A DNA stretch of 64,000 bases. It comes from Squalus acanthias. Taxonomy: Eukaryota. Both the position numbers and the translations under genes were made by a program. Position 1 is the stretch's first letter. The number at the start of each line of letters is the position of its first letter. Of the stretch, positions 35,687 through 48,047 are shown in pieces. The notes beneath the pieces are model-generated. The model searched no databases, was not told where the DNA came from, and worked only from the letters and a program-made list of their open reading frames with translations. The DNA lies in assembly GCA_030390025.1 (NCBI GenBank), contig CM059432.1:129954001-130018000 (forward strand), written 5' to 3'.

Positions 35687-36809
35687 GTGGTGAAGGTACT
35701 CCCACAGTGCTGTTAGGGAGGGAGTTCCAGGATTTTGACCCAGCGACGATGAAGGATCGGCGATATATTTCCAAGTCACGATGGTGTGTGACTTGGAGGG
35801 GAACTTGGAGGTGGTGGTGTTCCCATGCGCCTGCTGCCCTTGTCCTTCTAGGTAGAAGAGGTCAAGGGTTTGGGAGGTGCTGTCGAAGAAGCCTTGGCGA
35901 GTTGCTGCAGTGCATCTTGTAGATGGTACACACTGCAGCCACGGTACACTGGTGATGGAGGAAGTGAAGGCTTAAGGTGGTGGATGGGGCGCCAATCAAG
36001 CGGGCTGCTTTGTCCTGGATGGTGTTGAGCTTCTTGAATGTTGTTGGAGCTGCACTCATCCAGGGAAGTAGAGAATATTCCATCACACTTGTAATTTGTG
36101 CCTTGTAGATGGTGGAAAGGCTTTGGGGATTCAGGAGATGAGTCAATCACCACAGAATACCTAGCCTCTGACCTGCTCTTGTAGCCACAGTATTTATGTG
36201 GCTGGTCCAGTTAAGCTTCTGATCAATAGTATTCGGCGATGGTAATCCCGTTGAATGTCATGGGGAGATGGCTAGACTCTCTTGTTAGAGATGGTCATTG
36301 CCTGGCACTTGTTTGGCGCAAATGTTGCTTGCCACTTATCAGCCCAACGTTGTCTTGGTCTTGCTGCATGCGGTCATGGACAGCTTCATTATCTGAAGAG
36401 TTGCGAATGGAACTGAACACTGTTCAATCATCAGCGAACATCCTCACTTCTGACCTTATGATGGAGGGAAGGTCATTGATGAAGCAGCTGAAGATGGTTG
36501 AGCCTAGGACACTGCCCTGAGGAATTCCTGCAGCGATGTCCTGGGTCTGAGATGATTGGCCTTCAACAACCACAACCATCTTCCCTTGTGCTAGGTATGA
36601 CTTCAGCCAGTGGAGAGTTTTCCCCCTGATTCACATTGATTTCAATTTTACTAGGGCTCCTTGATGCCACACTCGGTCAAATGCTGTCTTGATGTCAAGG
36701 GCAGTCACTCGCATCTCACCTCTTTTGTCCATGTTTGGACCAAACCTGTAATGATGTCTGGAGCCGGGTGCTCTTGGCAGAACCCAAACTGAATATTGAT
36801 GAGTAGGTT

Positions 36810-38730
36810 ACATAAGAACATAAGAACATAAGAACTAGGAGCAGGAGTCGGCCATTTGGCCCTTCGAGCCTGCTCCGCCATTAAATAAGATCTTGGCTGT
36901 AAGAAACATTCAATCCTAAAGAAAGCTGCAAATTATAAGGTGTTTAATGATTCCATAGGAAATAAATCTGCGAACCCACTGACTGATCACCCAGAAAGAA
37001 TTCCAATCACATCAGATAAGAACAGAGAGAGGCCTTAGGTCAACACAAGTACAAGCAGGCCTCCCAAACAGATATAGCAAGACTGATAAGGGAGACAGGG
37101 AACCAGCCAGCCGAATAAGCAAAACATTCTTAACCATAATAAAACATTTAACACAAAAGATAAGAAATAACTGAACTCCAGCTCAGGAAATAAGATGGTC
37201 AGGGAGTACCTTTGCCCTGGTAATAAAAGTCATGAGGTGGATGAAAAATGATGGACATCTGAAATCCCAGCCCACTGAAATAAGATATAAAAATGGGCAA
37301 TAGAGAGAAACTGGCTGTTAGCGGAAGGGCTTCCTCGGAGTGGATGAAATGCTAGCTTCAGGTGAACACTCTGATAAGGCTCGACCTCTGTGGTGGATCC
37401 CATGCTGGCTGACAGCCTAACACCTCCAACAGCTCGAGGAGAGACCCAACAGAAGTGACTGTTGTTGCAGACAAAGACATCCATCAACATTCATCGACAT
37501 CCGTCCATCCACTGTCCATCCGACGTCCGTTCCGTCACAGGGCCATAGGTCGCCCTCATCTGTCACGGGTTATATGTCTACTATATCTATTTCAATCGCA
37601 TGTAGTATCTGATTATGCTTAAACTGTAGCTCTCTAATAAAAAGCCTTACAAATCCTAAGACCCTTTGGGTAATCTGTGTGTGACCTGTGATCCAAATCT
37701 TACATGGCTGATATTCTACCTCATCTCCACTTTCCTGCACTATCCCCATATCCTTGATTCCCTTAATATTCAAAAATCTATCGATCTCTGTCTTGAATAT
37801 ACTCAACGACTGAGCCTCCGCAGCCCTCTGGGTTGAGAATTCCAAAGATTCACCACCCTCTGAGTGAAGAAATTTCTCCTCCTCTCAGTCCTAAATGGCC
37901 GACCCCTTATTCTGAGACTGTGACCCCTGGTTCTAGACTCCCCAGCCAGGGGAAACATCCTCCCTGCATCTACCCTGTCAAGCCCTGTAAGAATTTTGTA
38001 TGTTTCAATGAGATCACCTCTCATTCTTCTAAACTCTAGAGAATGTAGGCCTAGTCTACTCAATCTCTCCTCATAGGACAATCCCCCCATCCCAGGAACC
38101 AGTCTGGTGAACCTTTGTTGCACTGCCTCTATGGCAAGTATATCCTTCCTTAGGTAAGGAGACCAAAACTGTACACAATACTCCAGGTGTGGTCTCACCA
38201 GGGCCCTATATAATTGTAGTAAGATGTCTTTACTCTTGTACTCAAATTCTCTTGTAATAAAGGGCAACATACCATTTGCTTTCCTAATTGCTTGCTGTAA
38301 CTGCATGTTAACTTTCAGTGATTTGTGTGCAAGGACACCCAGGTCCCTCTGAACACCAACATTTCCCAATCTCTCACCATTTAAAAAATACTCTGCTTTT
38401 CTATTTTTCCTACCAAAGTGGATAACTTCACATTTCTCCACATTATATTCCATTTGCCATTTTCTTGCCCACTCACTTAGCCTGTCTATATTCCCTTGAA
38501 GCCTCCTTGCATACGCCTCACAACTTACATTCCCACCCAGCTTTGTATCATCAGCAAACTTGGATATATTACATTTGGTCCCCTCATCCAAATCATTGAT
38601 GTAGATTGTGAATAGCTGAGGCCCAAGCATTGATCCTTGCGGTATCCCAGTAGTTACAGCCTGCCAACTCGAAAATGACCCATTTATTCCTACTCTCTCT
38701 TTTCTGTCCGTTAACCAATCCTCAATCCAT
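36810..38730 (-). mobile_element. CR1 LINE copy 5
   Basis: ORF 37803-38768 with QGSMLGP, KFADD, LVRPHLEYCVQFWSP and an (ACATAAGA)n tail. Confidence 0.92.
36898..37704 (+). mobile_element. Solo LTR (Gypsy or ERV type)
   Basis: TGTAAGA...TCTTACA termini, 4-bp TSD TGGC, TATAAAA near 37286, AATAAA near 37636. Removing it restores the CR1 3' UTR. Confidence 0.88.
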
Positions 38731-39696
38731 TGCTGGTATAATACACCCAATCCTGGCCTCTTGCGCATTATTGGTTAGTAAGTGCTGCTTGATAGCACTG
38801 CCGATGACACCTGCCATCACTTTGCTGAAGTTTGAGAGTCGGCTGATGGGGCGGTAATTGGCCGGATTGGATTTGTCCTGTTTTTTGTGGACAAGACATA
38901 CTTGGGCAATTTTCCACTTTGATGCCAGTGTTGTAGTTGTACTGAAACAGCTTGGCTAGAGGCGCGGCTAGTTCTGGAGCACAAGTCTTCAGCAATACAG
39001 CTCGGATGTTGTCGGGGCCCACAGCCTTTGGTCTATCCAGTGTTCTCAGCCAATTCTTGATATCACATGGAGTGAATCGAATTGGCTGAAGACTGGCATC
39101 TGTGATTGTGGGAAGCCCAGGAGAAGGCCAAGATGGATCATCCAATCGGCACTTCTGGCTGAAGGTGGTTGCAAACGCCTTGTCTTTTGCACTCGCGTGC
39201 TGGGCTTCGCCATCATTGAGGATGGGAATGTTCATGGTGCCTCCTCCTCCCGTTAGTTGTTTAATTGTCCACCACTATTCATGACTGGATGTGGCAGGAC
39301 TGGCAGACACTATCTTCATGATTTACAGGACCTGGTAGAAGATCCAAAAGACGGTTTATGACTTAAATCATAGCAAGGCATAAATCTTACCTTAAGGTAC
39401 GAGGACTATACATAAATTGGCATGAGCAAATGCTGTAGTTATAAAAAAATTATGTAAAACATTGCTTTACTGACACAGAAAAATGTCTACAAGAATTTAA
39501 CAAGTAAAGTATTGGATTGAAAGTGAAAATTGGAGGGTTAAGCGAATCACATTATACCTGATGAGAGGAATTACAAGCAGGAATTTCTATGAGATGAGTC
39601 ATCACGCCTCAAACTCTTATGAAAGAAAAAAATCACACTTAATGGAAGAGCACAGCGTACAACAGATGGTGGACTTCCAGACCTAAAGAACTGATA

Positions 39697-40110
39697 CAAC
39701 AACAACAACCTGCATTTATAAAGCGCCTTTAACGTAGTAAAACGCCCCACGGCCCTTCACAGGAGCGTTATCAAACACAATTTGACACTGAGCCACATAA
39801 GAGATATTGGGACAGGCAAAGAGGTAGGTTTTAAGGAGCGTCTTAAAGGAGGAAAGAGAGGCAGAGAGGTGGAGAGGTTTACGGGGTTCCAGAGCTGAGG
39901 CACTATACGGCTGAAGGCACGGCCACCAATGGTGGAGTGAGGGAAGTGGGGGATGGGCAAGAGGCCAGAATTGGAGGAGCGCAGATATCTCAGAGGGCTG
40001 TAGGGCTATAGGCGGCTACAGTGATAGGGAGGGGTGAGGCCATGGAGGAATTTGAAAACAAGGATGAAAATATTAAAATCAAGTTGTTGCCGGACCGGGA
40101 GCGAGCACAG
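39697..40110 (-). mobile_element. L2 3' fragment
   Basis: GGRAFS..PQLWN and an (ACA)n tail, homologous to 31445-31880. Confidence 0.8.
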
Positions 40111-41603
40111 GACAGAAGCAATGGTGTTTTTGTTCTGGAAGGGGTGCTTAGAAGGCCTTGGAACTGTGCAGAGTGGAAGAGATGACAGCAGTAGTGATAA
40201 ACTTAGTAATTAGATATTCTACGATTTGCACAATATATACATATATACTGATTATGTACAAGACCTTATTAGCGTATCTAATCACAATGCATAAGTATAC
40301 TTATGAACTCATAATGTACCATCTGCTTTCTCCACAAAGCAATGAGAGCCCAATGGACCACCAACCACTTGGCACCACATAAGTGAGCACCAACTATCAG
40401 CAATTGATGCAGGCGTCAGCATAGTTACACAAACTGTGGGAGTTTGTATATTAATAAGGATGAGGAAGTACAGGGTCAGGCACTGCCCACTGGCAAGAAA
40501 GAGCTAGTAATGGTGACAGTTGGTACAGGGTCAGCTGGTTCAGGATGAAATCCAGCATGCTGCATGCCCCGACTGAGTTATATAGGGCCAAGGACCTTAG
40601 TTGGCCAGTTTTCAAGTGGAGGCTGGCACAGCACAAGCATTTTATTGAGAATCGTTCGGCTCCTTGAAAATATCATTGAAGAGGTGATCTATGTAGTGTG
40701 GAGGGGTCCGACAGCCACATATACACTGCCATCCCCCACAGGTGATGTTACGGAGTAACTGTTGTCTACGCTCCAATCTGCATGCAGCATCGCCAGTGGC
40801 ATCTGTAGTGGAGACTTCAAGCCACAGGCACAGTCGAATCATTTTGCATGGATTACTGCTTTGGGATCAGTATGCAAAGACGCAGTCATGGTCAGCTTCA
40901 ACTTGCTTGGAGACTGGTTACAGATAACCATGGCAAAGCTGTCCCAAATCCTCAACGATGCTCAGTGTCATATGCTCAAACAGGCAGTGGCCATTATAAC
41001 AAGATGCCCTCCATGCACTGAGCAGCATGCCAGTACCAGCTGTTGTAAGGACGCTGGACAAATCCTGAACCCACTCACCTTAACTCGTTACAGGAACTGT
41101 CTGGGGTTTGCCACCCAACATGAGCTTAGGAGTGAATGATGCCCAAGTTTGGCGCGCTGAACTGTCTTACATTATCCAGTATGGACTGCATTCATATTTA
41201 CCATACTAATCCCAATTAGGATACCCACAAGTTAGTGAGTGAATGAATTAACCCTTTATTGATTTCAAAATAATAACTGTCATTACTTAAACATGGTGTA
41301 CAAATAATGGTGTACAAATAATTAGTAGATCTAAACAGTTGTAGGCAGGGTTACCTAGCAATTCGAATAACAAACACTTAATAGATAGAGTTACCTAACA
41401 ATATAAATAACAGAAGTTGTAAAGGCAGTTCAATAGCATCACTGTAATTCTGCAATATCTGGATGGCTGCTTAACAAATTATAATCAAGATAAGTGTCTG
41501 AGATTGACATAAAGTGGCGAGATTAATGTAGGATTAAACTCCAAACATAGCTGACGAATTAACAACATTAGCTAGCCAGTCTGTTAAATAGGTGAGAGCC
41601 TAT

Positions 41604-42373
41604 GACCCCGATTTTAAAGAGGAGGGTTGGGTATGGTGCGCGCGAGCCCCGAAGAGAGCAGCGTGCCCGGGGAGATCAGGGATGTGGAGACCAGACTGAT
41701 CTTAACGGTTGGGCCTCGTTTACATATATATTCCCAGAATCCCGCCCGAACTCAGCAACGTAGACTCGTGGCCGGCGAGTGGGAGCGGGAATGTGGCTGC
41801 AGGAGGCAGCAGCCCATGGTCCCCGGCAGTCAGTGAGGGGTGGTCTGGAGGCGATCGGAGGGGGAGGGTTCTAAACGCGACTGGGGGGCGGGGTGGCGTG
41901 GATGGTGCTCTGGCTGTGAACGGGGGTGGGGGGGGTGGGTGCGAGGGGGTTCAACTGCAATCAGGGGGAGGGGGAGAGCTCGGGTCAAGGGAGGCCCGGA
42001 GCTTCCTTGTGAGGCCTGGAGGAACACTCTTCCTGGCCCACAAGGTAAACCTAAAGTAAAATTTTAAAACTTACCTGCTTATCTTCCGGCCCACGAGCCA
42101 CCTCGGCAGGTCTGGCCTGATGGAGAAGCCGTCAATGCTCACCAGCCCGCTCAGGCCTTCAACTAAAATTGCAAATCACGTCCTGATGACATCATCAAAC
42201 CTGATCTGCATATTTAAAGGTGTCCCACTCGCCTGCTCAAAAGAGCAGGTTAAGATTAGAAGACAGTGGGATCAGAGGGGGGTAAGTGACTGGCCTCATT
42301 TTAACTGTCGACGTTCCCCACCCCCTCCCCCAGGCCCACTTTCTGCCAGGCGGGGTCAGTTAAAATTGGGGCC
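41604..42373. mobile_element. Harbinger-type MITE family C
   Basis: TIR GACCCCGATTTTAA/TTAAAATTGGGGCC, GC-rich interior with hairpins. TSD not matched. Confidence 0.75.
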
Positions 42374-43350
42374 GTAGTGGTAAGCAACGTCCAGAACTTA
42401 TATGATCTTATCCTTATAGTCAAGTGGTTGAGTTGACTACTCACCTTCCCTTGGACGACAATGTTGGCTCCAGGATGTCGAGTGATGAACCTCTCACTAG
42501 AGGCGTTATCCCTTCCTCTGTGCTGCCATACCATGGCTGAATTAACCTTACGCACTATTGACTGTACCTGGACTAGCTGGCTTAAATCTCACCTTATCTC
42601 AGCAAATGTACACTTAAGTGGCACACTTATTGCTGCCTGCAAATGGCTAGTATAGCCATACAATCTGACTTCTATACCCTCCTCCTTTCTGTTGTGGATA
42701 TATTTTGGCACTTGTAGAGATACCCTTCGACATATGGTAGGTAAAGATTACTACAGAAGAGAGAGGAGACGAGCAAGAGAACAAAGGAAATCAGAAAATA
42801 TAATTAGATCTGCTTGGAAGCGTGCCAAATACCCACTTATATTTCTCAAATTCAAAGAAAACCCTCTTCCTATTCAGTTGACCAATCTGAGTGATGTGTG
42901 TCAGAAGAGTTCACCTCTTTTAGTGTCAATCACTTCAAACAACCATGTAAGAGCCCTGAAGACCTGTAAGGTAATGAGACGTGGAAACCTAGGCATGCCA
43001 GACTTTACTTCTACTCCCCTACATTCTCAATCTTTTCCAGCCAAGGTCCTACTCAGGACCAGATTTGGTGTGACATATTTATATCCCATTAACAAGCTAT
43101 TTCTGAGTTTGTGTCTTCAAAACAGGTCTTCTATCATGAGTAAAGAAATGTTTTGTTCATATATACAGGCCTTCATGTTTGAATTAGCTTTAGTCACTGT
43201 GGATTCCCAGTGTTCAGTTTAACTATTGACACCATTTTGGACCCCTTTAAGTTGGAAACCAGTTTGAAAACATTTCTCAGGTGCAAATATATAGGGCCTT
43301 TTTTCTACCTTGTGTGCCATCATATAGCCCTGCAGTAGTGATAAGAGTGT

Positions 43351-44843
43351 CATAAGAACATAAGAAATAGGAGCAGGAATAGGCCATTCAGCCCTTCGAG
43401 CCTGCTCCGCCATTCAATGAGATCATGGCTGGTCTTCTGCCTCAACTCCATTCACTGGCCCTATCGCCATATCCCTTGATGCCCTTACTAGTCAGAAATC
43501 TATTGACTTCTGTTTTTAATATACCCAATGACTGAGCCTCCACAACCCTCTGGGGTAGAGAATTCCAAAGATTCACCACTCTCTGTGTGAAGAAATTTCT
43601 TCTCATCTCAGTCCTGAATGGTCTACCCTTTATCCTGAGGCTGTGGCCCCTGGTTCTAGACTCCCCAGCCAATGGAAACATTCTCCCAGCATCCACCCTA
43701 TCAAGCCCTGTAATAATTTTGTATGCTTCAATGAGATCCCCTCTCATTCTTCTGAATTCAAGAGAATAAAGGCCTAGTTTACTCAATCTCTTCTCATACT
43801 ACAGTCCCGCCATCCCAGGAATCAATCTCGTGAACCTTCGTTGCACTCTGTCTATGGCCAGTCTATCCTTCCTTAGGTAAGGAGACCAAAATTGTACACA
43901 GTACTCCAGGTGTGGTCTCACCAAGGCCCTATATAATTGGAGTAAGACTTCTTTACTCCTGTACTCAAATCCTCTTGTAATGAAGGCCAGCATACCAACT
44001 GCCTTCCTAATGGCTTGCTGCACCTGCACATTCACTTTCAGTGACTCATGTACAAGGACACCCAGGTCCCTTTGAGCATCTGCATTCCCCAATCTTTCAC
44101 CACTTAGGAAATACTCTGCCTTTCTGTTTTTTCTACCAAAGTGGATAACTTCACATTTATCCACATTATATTCCATCTGCCATGTTCTCGCCCACTCACT
44201 GTGCCTGTCATGATCCCCTTGAAGCCTCTTCACATCTGACACTGCCACCTAGCTTTGTATCATCAGCAAATTTGGAAATGTTACATTTAGTCCCCTCATC
44301 CAAATCATTGATATAGATTGTGAATAGCTGGGGCCCAAGCATCGATCCTTGTGGTACCCCACTAGTCACAGCCTGCCATCCTGAAAAAGATCCGTTTATC
44401 CCTACTCTTTGTTTTCTGTCTGTTAACCAATTCTCAATCCATGCTTGTATATTACCCCCAATTCCATGCGCCCTAATTTTGTTCACCAACCTCTTGTGTG
44501 CGACCTTATCGAAGGCCTTCTGAAAATCCAAATACACCACATCTCCCGGTTCCCCTTTTGTCTACTCCACAAGTTACATCCTCAAAGAACTCTAATAGGT
44601 TTGTCAAACAGGATTTCCCTTTCATAAATCCATGTTGACTCTGCCCAATCTTACTATTAGTTTCTAAGTGCCCAGTTATTGCATCCTTTATAATAGATTC
44701 CAGCATTTTCCCAACTACTGATGTGAGGCTAACAGGTCTGTAGTTCCCCGTTCTCTCTCTCCCTCCTTTCTGAAATAGCGGGGTTACATTTGCTATCCTC
44801 CAATCTGCAGGAACCGTTCCAGAATCTATAGAATTTTGGAAGC
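43351..44843 (-). mobile_element. CR1 LINE copy 6
   Basis: [39 protein letters not shown], with frameshifts and a tail. Confidence 0.92.
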
Positions 44844-44845
44844 TT

Positions 44846-45152
44846 TGGCTCAGTGACATCACTCTCACCTTTGAGTCAGAAGTTGTGGGTTCACAGTTCC
44901 ACTCCAGAACTTGAACACATAATCTAGACTGACACTTCAGTATCCCATGACACTACTTGAAGAAGATTAGAGGATTCTCTTGGTGCCCTCCCTCAACCAC
45001 CATCAACCAATAACAGATCATTGCTGTGCACAAATTGTCTTACCTAACAACAGTGACTTTACTTCATAAGTAATTCATTGGTTGTAAAGTGCTTTGAGAC
45101 ATCCTGAGGCCATTATAAGGTGCGATATAAATGAAAGTACTTTCTTTCTTTA
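44846..45152 (+). mobile_element. Degenerate tRNA-derived SINE, SacSINE1/DeuSINE-like
   Basis: A-box-like TGGCTCAGTG, B-box-like GGTTCA, L2-type tail GTAAAGTGCTTTGAGACATCCTGAGG..TATAAATG..(TTTC)n. Family assignment is from recall. Confidence 0.6.
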
Positions 45153-45389
45153 AGATAAAAGTGTAAGCTGCCCAAAAGCAAATCAAACAAAACGTCTACA
45201 GAAAGCACAATAGACAAAACAGGAATGATTGCAAATATGTCCAAAAGACGAGAATAGTGTCCAGTTTGTTGGACGATCTAGCAAAGTGACCCTCACTCAC
45301 CGATCTCCCTGTCTGCAATGTGTGGGCTGATGCTAATGTCTGTTGTGCACCATCCTTTCCCTTGGTCTTCTATGGATGCTCCTCATCCA

Positions 45390-45575
45390 GGACCATGGTA
45401 ATATTATGCTGCATACCACTATAATTTTGCTGATCTTCTCCGGGATGTATTCTAAAGCCCTGCATGATAGGTCCATCCATCAACAGCATTCCCTTAACAT
45501 CCCATAAGTCTACTCAATGAGAGCCCTGGTTCACCTCTGTGCCTGGCTGTAGATGTTCTCTGCTGGGGTATGGCA
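45390..45575 (-). pseudogene. Old Harbinger transposase C-terminal relic
   Basis: PAENIYSQAQR*TRALIE*TYGML..ALEYIPEKISKIIVVCS aligns by eye to [41 protein letters not shown]. Confidence 0.65.
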
Positions 45576-46929
45576 GGTTGTGCAGAGGTGTCCTCACCGT
45601 GTAGTGCACAACTGCGTGGAGTCAACTATTCATGGTTCCTTCTTTTTCTACCGGTAACAGGTGTGGAAAGAACAAAGCTGACAAATGCTACAGTTTCTTC
45701 TTCTCGCAAAATTGACATTTCCACATTTTTTTCATGGACATATCCAGCAAACGCGAAAGCCTTTCACCGACATCTTTCCCGCTTCCATTGAAGAGGCCTC
45801 AAATCAGCCAGCTGTGAGCAGCTCATTACAGGGAGAGAGTCAGAGAGAAAAGAAACTTTCTCCAGGCGTTGTACCGGCCATCGCGTATAATGGGGAAATC
45901 GCGTTTCCACGAAAGTGACCACTATAAGCAGTGGGGGCGTTACACCCTCTTTTATGTGCCTTTATAGTTGCTGCAAGATGCTGCGCATGTTCTTCCTTCG
46001 TGCCCTTTAACAAGAGTTTAACAAGTTAAATTGGCTTTTTTCTAACATTTTACTAGCGTTCTTCAATCTTGTTTTTCAGGGTCAGATTAGAGATTCACAT
46101 GGACAATTTATCCTGTGTCATTTCCCCCTGACATTCCAGCACTTTTTACTCACATCTACCTTTCTTGCAAAGATTACTCAAACAGAAGAGTTTCTGTTCC
46201 TTTACTTCCAGCAGGATCTTGGAACTCAAGTAAACGTCACTCACTAAATCTGACTAAAATCAGATCAACATCCCTGATCCAGTTTTCATGCAGTTAATTT
46301 TTATTATGTTATTATGACACCTAATACACACAAAAAAGTTAATTTCCAATTTGAATTTCTATCTGGCAACCCAGAAAGTTTGAATAGAAATAAATTGGTC
46401 ACGATGTCGAATCAAATCTAAAAGTGCAAAGTCTATTATGACATCTCCAGGAACACGGTGTGTAGCAGTTTAAACTGTGTGTCTTCATCAGAAAATTATA
46501 CGAATATCACGTGCTTTAAAACCGCTTTATCAAGATGACTGTTGCGGATTCACCACATTGGACTGTGTCGTTACTATTGATGGCAGCATAGACTATGACT
46601 GGACTGAAGATTTATTCTTATAAAAAATCTTTCCCCCCGTCTAAGTGGAACTTCTGACACCTAATATAACAGCGAGAGTAGTAAATGACCTCGTGGCCGT
46701 GATTCTTCTATTCAATTCATGTGCACAGATAAAAATGGCTGTGATTATTACCCACACTCCACCGTATGATTGAATTTGGTTCAGAACCTCTGAAGCTGAA
46801 TCCAAAGTTCAAACTAACTCAAGTTCTCATTCCTACAGTCAGGTAATTTAATGACTATTTGTGCATGAATTGACTTAGAGAAGCTCTAGTTTTCTCCTAT
46901 TCTCTGCCATTGCAGTAGATCTGAACATC

Positions 46930-47774
46930 GGGGGCGATTTTGCCAGCCCTGGCGAGGCGGGTATGGAGGCGGGACTGCTGGGAAAATGGCAGAATTTGGG
47001 GGCGGGTGGCAAACCTGCCCCCAACCCGCCTCCATGCCATCTTCCCAGGAGGCGGGTTGCCGTCCCGCGCCGGGTCCCGTCTCCTTGGAGGCGGGAAGGG
47101 ATTAAAGCCTATTCACTGCCTGTTAACAGGTAGTTAACAGGCAGAAAATAGGATTATCCCCTTTTTGCCCTCACAAGTGCGGGCTTCCCGACGGCTCCAA
47201 AACCCGCCAGCTCAGCGAGGCGAGTACTGGGTCTGCGGGGGTCGAGGGGGTGCAAAAGTGTGGTGTGAAGGTGAGTGATGGGTGCAAGAGTGTAGAGGTG
47301 AGTATCTGAGGTAAGTCCTAAGTGTTTTTAAAAGTGTATTTACCTTTGTTTCTTCCTGCAGGCTTCAGTCGGTTTCTATACGGAGAGTCTCGCACCTCCG
47401 TGTTGCAGATGAGAGATGTCCATTGCATTCTCAGATGCAACAAACATCTCAATTCTGTAAAAGAAAGAGGTTTGATGAGGTCTTGTATGCATGACCTCAT
47501 CAAACTACAGAGAATGTCAGTGTTTGACAGCTTCACAGAGCTGTCAAACGATGACAATTCATCTGTCAAAAATTTTTGACAGATGACACGTCATACGTTG
47601 ACGTGCTCTGCAACCGGCTTTCCCTTAATTGGCCTGCTAAGCCCACTGGGCGGGCTGAACAAGGTCAATCAAGGGAAAATAGCGTGGGTTGGCCACAATT
47701 CGATGGAGGCGGGACTGAAACCCGACAAGCAGCAGGCCCGCCTCCAACACGCCCCTATTGGCAAAATCGCCCCC
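46930..47774 (-). mobile_element. MITE family A, copy 4
   Basis: TIR GGGGGCGATTTTGCCA/TGGCAAAATCGCCCCC, hairpin array 47413-47595. TSD not matched. Confidence 0.88.
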
Positions 47775-48047
47775 CTTGTGTCAGAGGAGCATCTAGAAAG
47801 ATGTGTGCACAGAAAACTCCATCAGTAAATAGTAAATAACTGAGAGTGCTTTAGATTTGTATGTTACAATTAACTGTGGGTAGCTGGAACAAAATTACTT
47901 GGGACCATCTCAGGACAGTTCCTAGTGGCCACAACTCATCAGCAGAAACCTGCCCATGATTCTACTCTAGTTGGCATTGATTGGGTAAACTTATTTCAAG
48001 AGGTCAAAAGGATAAATGATAGTGGAAATAAAACTCTCACACACAAT

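Larger units (their letters stand above)
35396..39302 (-). mobile_element. CR1/L2-group LINE of the same family as 22027-26010 (35396-36810 plus 38768-39302), split by CR1 copy 5
   Basis: MNIPILNDG, GPDNI, YKAQITSVMEY, CTIYKMH, and the same 3' end. Confidence 0.85.

Noticed and set aside
40300..41190. Possible very old retroelement relic on minus (ILDNVRQFS.., TPKLMLGGKPQT resemble Gypsy integrase)
   Set aside because: Similarity is too fragmentary to support without a profile search.
42692..43222. 176-aa ORF in unique-looking DNA
   Set aside because: No recognisable motif, non-ATG start and no convincing splice context.
46490..46625. Short open stretch KIIRISRALKPLYQDDCCGFTTLDCVVTIDGSIDYDWTEDLFL after an acceptor-like site
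   Set aside because: Not recognised as any protein, and no partner exons are visible.
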